Shown: piece after piece, positions 55,701 through 64,000 of the stretch | Numbering within the stretch: the first letter of the stretch is position 1 | How the letters are laid out: every line of letters starts with the position of its first letter | Assembly: GCA_951406725.2 (NCBI GenBank) | Contig: OX597834.1 | Coordinates: 40,548,001-40,612,000, forward strand | Direction of reading: 5' to 3' | DNA length: 64,000 nt | Origin: Octopus vulgaris | Taxonomy: Eukaryota | Translations under genes and position numbers: made by a program | Notes under the pieces: generated by a model | Told to the model about the DNA's origin: nothing | Database searches by the model: none | Seen by the model: only the letters and a program-made list of their open reading frames with translations

Positions 55701-58700
55701 GTACTCTTAATGGAGATGATGCCCTTATAAATGAAGAGCCTGAAAGTGATGAAGAAACTCCCAAAGATCGCAAAATGTTAAGGGCAGTTTTGAAAAGTAA
55801 GTTAGCCATATTTCAACTTGTTGTTCAGCTAAATTTCTGCATGATGACTCGCTTGCTCTTTAGTAAGTACTGACTCCTACAAGCATGGAATAATGGTTGT
55901 TAACCCTCTCAGACCTGGGCCCCTATGTCTAACTTCACCCTCCACCTGGGTACCTGAGCCAAAAAATAAATAGATGCTTATACAGCTCAAGAGTAACGAT
56001 TGCAGGCAAACTAATGGACAGAATCACACAAAAGTTCAGGAGAATAACAATAATAATAATAACAGTCCTCTCTCTCTCAACTTCTGTATTTGTTCACCTG
56101 AATCGCTACTTTTCTCACCTCTTTCACCAGTTTGATTGTCTGAATCTCTCTCATTGCCAGCGTAGGTGTAAATTCTTCACCTGAAGAATAAATATCACCA
56201 TTAATTTCCTCAACTGCAAAGAGTCTGGGCCTTGCTTGTTTACAAGGCAATGTGCTGGGTTCATCACAAAATCGTTTCTTTTTATCTTCAAAAGTAAACA
56301 ACAGCCATGGGGGACACCATTAACAAAGAGGGATCAACTCACTTGACTACAAAACTGCAATGGGATCAGTTGTCTTGTTTTCATATTCCATCTTCTTTTT
56401 TTACATGTTCATTACTGCCTCACCAGGAATCCAGTAGAGATGGTGTTTAAGCTGTTCCCACTGTATAGCAAGAACACAGCATGACAGGATTAAATAATAA
56501 ATTCTTTTTATTGGCCACAAGGGCTAATATAAATCAAAACACTAAAGGACAACACAAGACGATATACAAAGGGTTTTGCCAAAGGCAAAAACATTCATGT
56601 AAACATTTGATAACAATGTAATAAGTAAAAAAAAAAAAAAAAAACTCCCAATAGGGGGAGGCACTTTAAAGGTTACTTGTGGAAAAACCCATAAAAGCCA
56701 CGGGTGCCTGATCGAGAGGGCAAGAACCCTTCTCCTTTTATACTTTCTGTTTTTTATTACAGGTGTATTCTCAGAATTGGTCCATCCATACTGGCCATTT
56801 TTCCGACATCCACCCCACCACCTTTCAACAAATTTGCTAGAAGACAACACTTCCCTCTCTACCCTCACTTTCCTTTTCAAGTGGAACTTGAAATTTAAAT
56901 AATGATGATGAAACTGGGATATTTTCTATTTTACTTAAAACTTTACTTTGTTTCAGAGGGTGAAATCCCAGATGCTACCATGATACATATGATACGGAAG
57001 AAGAGGCAAATGGCACGAGAGATGGGTGATTTCATTCCGTTAGATGAAGCTGGAGCTAAAGCTGAGAACTCCAACTCTCGCCTCGTCAGGTGAGTAAATT
57101 TATTACATTTCTTTGCTTTTAATGAATTTGTTTGTCTGATAATTTTGTTGCCTTGTGAGTCTTGGTCAGCTGAATCTGCTGTCTCCCTCTTGTAGGATTT
57201 CATTGGTTAACACAATCACTTCTTGCTGGGTGGGCCTTTTTCATATTCCAATAAAAAAAGAAAAGAAATTTATTTTTTTAATCTTACAAGACCTGGAGAA
57301 GATTAATTAATATGCATTATTACGAGGGATGTCGCTCAAGTGAATTCCAAGACTTCGTCTTTCACAGAAGGATAACTGCTACTACTACTACAACACTCAT
57401 TATTACATAAACTGGTGCTCTTTCAGTAACAATGACACGTGTCCCAGTTGATCCAATCAAGGGAACAACCACAGACATTCATACCCTTAACATAGTTTTC
57501 AGGGAGGTTCAGCATCGCATAAAATGGAACAAGGCTGGCCCTCTGCAAAACGTTTTTGTCGGCTGAGTGGTCTGGAGCAACATGAAATAAAATGTCTTTT
57601 GGTGGCAAGGAGGAGGAGGAGGTGGATTTTGATGATGATGATGGTGATGATGATATTTCTAGATAAAGATGTCACATAAGTAATTTTCATATCATTGTTA
57701 GTTTACATTGGTGAATTGCAGCAACAGCTGCTTTTTAGTGTGTCTTAGTTTGGCGAGGTTAGTATGATTGTTGGTGGTCTGATGGGCAGATATAAACAGA
57801 GAGGGGACTTAATAAGGATGAAGCATTTCTGGGGTAGAATGAAGGATTGAGCAGAATGTCCAATATGGGATCTGTATTGTCAAGACGTGGGGGTTGTGTG
57901 GACAATGTTTAGTTGTAGAGTATCCTGGTTAGCAATATTAACTCTTTAGCATTCAGATTACTCTGTCAAATGTAATATTTATTTATCCATATTATCATCA
58001 TCATCATCACCATGATTTAATGTCTGTTTTCTTTGCTGACATAGGTTGGATGGAGTTTCTATGGCCGGTTGCCTTTCCTAATGCCTACCACTTTATACAG
58101 TGTAGTGGGTGTTTTATATGTGGTACCGACATGGTTGCTTTTTACATGGTACCTGTACAGGTGCTTTGTATATGGCACCAGCATAGGTGCTGAATTAACC
58201 CTACATTATCTTATAGTTTTAAGATTTCAAGAATGTGAATTATTTTGTTTTTTTAGAATGACATTGTAGAGTAAATGCGAGGGACCAGATCTTGTCAGTG
58301 AGCTGGCAGAAGCGTTAGTACGCCAGACGAAATGCTTGGCGGTATTTCGTCTGCCGTTAAGTTCTGAGTTCAAATTCCGCTGAGGTCGACTTTGCCTTTC
58401 ATCCTTTCGGGATCGATAAATTAAGTACCAGTTACACACTGGGGTTGATGTAATCGACTTAATCCGTTTGTCTGTCCTTGTTTGTCCCCTCTGTGTTTAG
58501 CCCCTTGTGGGCAATAAAGAACTGAGATCTGGTCAGTTTGGAAAACAGGTATTTGAGTTGGATATGGCCCATTTAAATGCTAATGGATTAAGAGAGTTGT
58601 GTGATGTAGCAGCAGTAATGTTTTGAGTTGAATGGTGGTTGTGGAATGGTGAAAGTACTTTGTATATAATAAATCTATTTTATTTTTCTTACAGAGATGA

Positions 58701-59749
58701 TGACCATGATAAATCGGATGATGATGATGATGAAGAAGGAAGAATAGATTTCGCTGTCAACAGAGAAGCAAGAGAACGCCAGAAGATGAAAGACGAGTTC
58801 TTAGCTGCAGAACATGGTTAGTTACTGTAATATCAAATAATATTGGTTTCAAATTTTGGCACAAGGCCTGCAAGTTCAGGAGAGAGGGGTTAGGGTTAGG
58901 CTGGTACTTACTTTATCAAACCCAAAAGTATGGAAGGCAAAGTTGACCTCAGCAGAATTTGAACTCGGTGCAGGTGGCACGTACTCGCGGAGTGGTTGGC
59001 GTTAGGAAGGACATCCAGCTGTAGAAACTCTGCCAGATCAGACTGGAGCCTGGTGCAGCCCCTGGCTTCCCAGACCCTGGTCGAACCGTCCAGCCCATGC
59101 TAGCGCGGAAAACGGACGTTAAACGATGATGATGATGATGAATGTAAGGACAGACAAAATACTGCTAAGCATTTTGTCCAGCATGCTAACAATTCTGCCC
59201 GTTTACCACCTTAATTATCCAGTTTATGTTAGTGTTAAGAAAAAACAAGATTTGTGCTTAGTCTTTGTCCACTCTCCATTGCTTCATCTTCCTCCTTTTG
59301 TAAGTTCCTCCATCTCTCTTGTCTATTTTATAATAATTTAGCCTTATTTTACTCTTGATCCAGTGTGAAGTCTCAGTGTGGATTGTAATAAACTTTGGCT
59401 TTTGATTATCTTCTCCAGGTAGTGATCAAGAAGGAAGTGATCTAGAAAGCGGGTGGGAAGAACAGCAGATTAGAAAAGCTGTCAATCTTCAACAGGTAAG
59501 TTGACTATTTTTTTTGGCTTTCCTCCAAATGTTTCTTTTATTTGTTTCAGTCGTTTGATTGCAGCCATGCTGGAGCACCGCCTTTTAGTCAAAGTAATCG
59601 ACCCCAGGACTTATTCTTTGTAAACCTAGTACTTATTCTATCAGTCTCTTTTGCTGAACTGCTAAGTTATGGTGTCGTAAACACAGCAACATCAGTTGTC
59701 AAGTGATAATGGGGTGACAAACACAGACACACAAACATATACATATGTG

Positions 59750-59782
<33 letters not shown>

Positions 59783-62700
59783 TTGTGTATATATATATAC
59801 ACACACACACACACACGATAGACTTCTTTCAGCTTCTGTCTACTAAATCTACTCACAAGGCTTTGATCAGCCTGAGGCTAAAGTAGAAGACACTTGCCCA
59901 AGGTGCCACGCAGTGGGAGTGAACCCAGAACCATGTGGTTTTGGTAAGCAAGCTACTTACAACGCAGCCACTCCTGGTTAGTTTTTTTGGCAGGTGGGGG
60001 TGATTAATTTTTCCCTTTTTTGAAATAATTCTGCATCGTATACCGAAATAAAATATATAATATTATAGATTTTGAAATATATATATCATAAGTAATAGAA
60101 CTTGATCTCTATTATATATATATTTTTTTCTAATGTGCAGGTGAGCCGCGATGATGACCAACCAACACAGTATGCATTGCCTCCTGCAGAGAAAGGGGAT
60201 GCTAACTATAAAGCTGACCAGGCGTCCTATATTAACCAAGCTGTGAAATCCAATTTCCAACCCTTTTCCCTCACTTCCAAAGGCTCTAATGAGTTAACTC
60301 TAGAACTGATACAAAAGAAACTTAAAGAGCGGTAAGTCTGCTTGTTTTATTCCCCAACTGTCAGCGCAGGTTGGTAAGTACCATATCTATCCAGAGGCAT
60401 GTATCTTCTGATGTCACCCAAGAAGCTTTTCGATTCAATGGTACACTGAACAGACAAAGCTTTTACAGACAGCAAAAGGTAGGCATAGCTTGGTGACTGG
60501 TCAACAAGAAGGACTGTTTCTGCAGCATCTTCTACTGACCATCCTCAAGTTTTTTTGTTTTTTTAATATTTTATTATCCGTTGTATGAAACAAGCTACAT
60601 TATTTGATTTTCATATATCTTACTGGTATGGTATATGTGTTTTTGCTAGTTTATTTTTGTATAAGTATGGCCTCAACAGGCTTCAGATCTTAAATTTTAT
60701 TCTGTTCAACATTGAATTGGTTACTATTTTAGATTAGGAATTTAATATTGTGGTGTTTAAACTGGCCATATCCGGCCAAAATATTCTACCTATTTTATGT
60801 TCAAACTAGTCAGATATGGTCATTCATAGCTACCTTATTGTGTCATTTAAAAAATAAACATTCACATTATTGAAATCTCAAAGGCATGAAATGATGCAAG
60901 ATTAATTTTACATGGTGTGAATACATAAGCTTTACATTTGAAAGAAGAATCTGAATGCTAAAGGATTAATGTTATGGTGCTTTTCATTTCCTTACAATTT
61001 AATTTTCTAAATGAATTAATCAATATTTGGGTGTATGTGACTGAATATGTTAGGGTTCCTGTCAGTAAGCATTAAACAAACTACACTCACGGAGTGGTTG
61101 GCATTAGGAAGGGCATCCAGCTGCAGAAACACTGCCAGATCAGACTGGAGCCTGGTGAAGCCTCCTGGCTTCCCAGACCCCGGTTGAACCGTCCAACCCA
61201 TGCCAGCATGGAAAAACGGACGTTAAATGATGATGATGATTGAGCTTCCTATGGTGCCAGAGCTAAACATAGTTCTTACATGATACTTCAGCTCCCTTAC
61301 CAGTCTGATCCAGGAGTAAGCATAAACATATCAGGCCTCAAGTAAAGTTGCTTAGTCAGAATCTTTAACCGTATCTTAAGCCACGGTATAGAACTGGCAC
61401 CTGCTTCGTTAATTCTTAATCCAGAGAAATCGAAAACCAAATCAATTTCCATTTTATTCAATTGAACAGTTACCAAACAGTATAAAATGCAACATATATG
61501 AAATCAGGATTATTTAATGTCCGCTAAAGGCAGATATCATTGAATTTGGAGTGAAATATATCTTCTTTCATCTGTAACTTATTTCTGTCTTTAGACTGTG
61601 GCCATACTGGGGCATTACATTGAAGGGTCTAGACAAAAAAATCGTCTCCTGTACTTTTTTTTTTAGGTCTGGTACTTATTCTATTAGTCTCTTTTGCTGA
61701 ACTGTTAAGTTACAGAAATGTAAACAAACCAACACCAGTTGTCAAGCACTGGTTATTATGCTCTTGTAAACTACTGAAACACTTGGTATTTATAGTGCTC
61801 CTGCCACCTCCACTACCAAGTTTTATTTGTTCTTTAGTAACTCATAGGTATGGACATAGGTCAACCAAAGCCTTGTGAGTGAAATTTGGTAGATGGAAAC
61901 TGTGTGGAAGCTTGACAGAGGAACTGTTCTTGTTGTTGTTGGATAGGAGACTGATTCCTTTGCCCAGTATAACTCAACCGCTTGGTCACCTTTGGGTGAT
62001 TTGAGAGGAATACAGTCGTTTTAGTACCACCTCCTGGTCACTCTTGTGTGACTTCAAGGGAGTAAGTTATGTTCAACACATTCAGACCCAGACCAGATCA
62101 AATCAGATAGTCTCTGATGTGAAAATAACTTCCTCTCAGCAGCTGTCTTGAAAACCTGTAAAAAAAAAGATTCTTGGTGTGAATTCATGTGTTGAAACAA
62201 ATTTTGTATCTTGGGAGGGTCATTACACCAATAATAATAAGCACACATGCTGGTTCAATATCACTTCTTTATTGTTAGTCAATTATTTGAATATATAACC
62301 AACTAACTAATGGATTGTTTGTTTAATTTGTTGGTTAAACGATCAATTGGTTGTTCGTTAGTCAAAGTCCTTTTGTTGCTATTCATGACCTTCTCAGCAA
62401 CTTGTCCTTTTTCTCAAAGTCTGTTCTGAGTCTTGGAGCAGTTAGACTTTGCCAGAAAGATCCCAGTGTATGGAACATGGACATCACTGATGCAATTCTA
62501 TAAGCTTTTACTTAGCAGACTTTTATTGTTGTTTATTATTATTGTGGATATTTTTGCCTTTTTCAGAATAATTATTTTATCATTATTATTATTATTATTA
62601 TTATTATTTTCCCATGTGTTTTACTTAAAAAAAAATCTGTTTCTGATTTTGGTCTGTGCAGCTTAGATTCAATAATGGAAGTACATCGCAGTCATGTGAG

Positions 62701-62851
62701 CGAACATGACACTCTGTTGCTTCACCTGGAAGACTCTAACAAAGAGATTGAGGAAGCAGAGAAAAGTTCCAGCGTCCTGGAAGAACGGTTCAAATTCTTC
62801 CAGGAAACAAGAGGGTATGTCAGAGACTTGGTTGAGTGTCTCAATGAGAAG
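49589..62851 (+). CDS. PAXBP1: PAX3- and PAX7-binding protein 1 / GCFC family; 5' part, 8 coding exons: 49589-49793, 54924-55117, 55682-55796, 56957-57089, 58695-58816, 59419-59495, 60141-60331, 62662-62851 (409 codons); continues beyond the window
   Basis: Joined translation MATMFKKPRRNFRRK...LLSFVDAEEG DAEIFQVKKSSHSKRIAKQLKKE...GEIPDATMIHMIRKKRQMAREMGDF...WEEQQIRKA...KKLKERLDSIMEVH...ERFKFFQETRGYVRDLVECLNEK matches PAXBP1/GCFC1 motifs I recall. All introns are GT..AG and phases agree. Could be the single invertebrate PAXBP1/GCFC2 homologue. Confidence 0.93.
53405..53701 (+). mobile_element. tRNA-derived SINE family E
   Basis: cagtggttagagcg A-box region, gagttcgattccc B-box; body shared with 705-990. 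Confidence 0.78.
54924..55117 (+). CDS. PAXBP1: PAXBP1 coding exon 2 (DAEIFQVKKSSHSKRIAKQLKKE...EEKLR)
   Basis: Read manually; tttgtag|GT ... CGA|gtaagt; F.VKKSS.SK motif. Confidence 0.92.
55682..55796 (+). CDS. PAXBP1: PAXBP1 coding exon 3 (RLREELCTLNGDDAL...RAVLK)
   Basis: long pyrimidine tract ttccag|CGA ... A|gtaagt; phase fits both neighbours. Confidence 0.88.
56490..56897 (-). mobile_element. 3' end of a Tx1/L1-like LINE
   Basis: LKRKVRVEREVLSSSKFVERW similar to the 20923-21504 ORF end; same ttagcccttgtggccaataaaa tail. Confidence 0.8.
56957..57089 (+). CDS. PAXBP1: PAXBP1 coding exon 4 (GEIPDATMIHMIRKKRQMAREMGDFIPLD...RLVR)
   Basis: tttcag|AG ... AG|gtgagt; conserved IPD...RKKRQ.AR motif. 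Confidence 0.95.
58300..58524 (+). mobile_element. Young SINE family A copy with 13-bp TSD
   Basis: agatct(t/g)gtcagt at 58287-58299 and 58525-58537. Confidence 0.87.
58695..58816 (+). CDS. PAXBP1: PAXBP1 coding exon 5 (DDDHDKSDDDDDEEGRIDF...AAEH)
   Basis: ttacag|A ... G|gttagt; acidic tract plus RI.F. Confidence 0.92.
59419..59495 (+). CDS. PAXBP1: PAXBP1 coding exon 6 (SDQEGSDLESGWEEQQIRKAVNLQQ)
   Basis: Read manually; ctccag|GT ... CAG|gtaagt; WE..QIRK motif. Confidence 0.93.
60141..60331 (+). CDS. PAXBP1: PAXBP1 coding exon 7 (VSRDDDQPTQY...IQKKLKER)
   Basis: gtgcag|GTG ... CG|gtaagt; phase fits. Confidence 0.9.
62662..62851 (+). CDS. PAXBP1: PAXBP1 coding exon 8 (LDSIMEVHR...FKFFQETRGYVRDLVECLNEK)
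   Basis: gtgcag|C ... AAG|gtgggt; conserved F.Q..RGYV.DL.EC..EK. Confidence 0.95.
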
Positions 62852-63231
62852 GTGGGTCTACATATCTTTACAACTTCTGCCAAAATATCAGGTTATTGAA
62901 AGATTTGAGTAAAAAAAAAAATGTTTTGTGTATCTTTAGAATATTATTTTCTTTATTATTGCATTTTTTAAACCTTTTTATTCCTGCCATATCGATGGAA
63001 TTTAACATCAACATTGAATACCTTGGAGATAAATGTTGTTGTTTTTTCCTGTTTCATTTTATTTGACAGTATTTTGATATTTGACTTGATTTTTTTTTTT
63101 ATCCAAAGGTATTATATTCATGCAGAACTCACAAATAAATTCATTTTGTTTCTAAATTTTCATTTCTGTCATTGTCAATTTAACATGCTAACTGCCACAA
63201 GAATCACAGGTGCTTCATCGCAAACTTCACA

Positions 63232-63480
63232 CATCCACGTAGTGTTTAAGAGCGCGGGCTACTAACCCCAAGATTCTGAGTTCGATTCCAGGCAGTGACT
63301 TGAATAATAATAATAATAATAATATCAATAATAACAACATTGAAAAATACCCTAGGAATGAGAACCCAGGTTCGAAATTTCCCCAAGACATCTGATGAAG
63401 GCTGGAGAGTATATCAGCCAAAACATTGTGTTAACAACAAACAAGATGAGGATAAAATATCTGTCAAATGTAAATAATAT
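63232..63480 (+). mobile_element. tRNA-headed SINE-like element with (AAT)n linker and hammerhead-like 3' segment
   Basis: A-box-like cgtagtgtttaagagcg, B-box gagttcgattcc (63278-63289), then CTGATGA-aGGCTG-loop-CAGCC-(A)AAAC at 63392-63424. Confidence 0.6.
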
Positions 63481-64000
63481 AAAACTAATTTATTGTATAT
63501 AAATTTTAACAGCAAAATTTTATGTGGACCCCTAAGGGTCTTTTGGATCCTGGTCGAGACCCACTGATTTAAATCACTTGACATACTCCTTAATAAACTA
63601 GCAAAAATACTCAGCATATTTTTTCTTAGTGCATTCTGCATCTGGCACATCATCACTGTCACCATTTAATGTCTTGTTTTCCTTGCTTGCAATGGTTGGA
63701 TGAGTGGCTTTCAATGAAAAAAGTCGAAGGACACTATTAGGGAGGATCTATCCAACCATTGCAAGCATGGGGAAAATGCAAGTCAAATGATGATGTACTT
63801 AGAGCCCATCACCATTTCCGTCTAGACTGGATATCTCTGTTGAAGGATTTCTAAAATTGCACTTTCTCCAGTTTTATTTGATTATAAAAGCTAAAACTAT
63901 TTCTTTATGTTAAGAAATCTGTTTGGTTTTGAGCAGTTATTGATTCTCATAAGACCTAGATGTACCCCAATATGTTGTGTACTTCTCATAGTTAGAATGT

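Noticed and set aside
58887-58900. gggttagggttagg telomere-like motif
   Set aside because: Only about two units, inside a decayed SINE; expected by chance

Overview
Eukaryotic (animal) genomic DNA, AT-rich and very rich in microsatellites and SINEs. The repeat families and the density of (TA)n/(CA)n/(GATA)n/(ATC)n suggest an octopus or other coleoid cephalopod (inference). Two spliced protein-coding genes lie head-to-head in the right half. TTC8/BBS8 is complete on the minus strand (11 coding exons, 45302->32742, 508 aa, all GT-AG introns with consistent phases, X-box-like site upstream). PAXBP1/GCFC1 is on the plus strand (first 8 coding exons, 49589->62851, 409 codons) and continues beyond the window. 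The left ~32 kb has no recognisable coding exon. It holds microsatellites, several tRNA-derived SINE families, LINE remnants (RLE-type, Tx1/L1, CR1), non-autonomous Helitrons, MITEs/foldbacks and a ~2.46 kb near-identical tandem duplication. Almost all ORFs in the supplied track are microsatellite translation artefacts. I see no CRISPR or prokaryote-type system. The best candidates for something undescribed are retroelement- or RNA-level: a tRNA-headed SINE-like element carrying a hammerhead-ribozyme-like core, a SINE sharing its 3' tail with a Tx1/L1-type LINE and forming tandem units with a fixed junction, a 5'-inverted RTE LINE, and a pre-miRNA-like hairpin. All family names come from motif recognition, not database searches.
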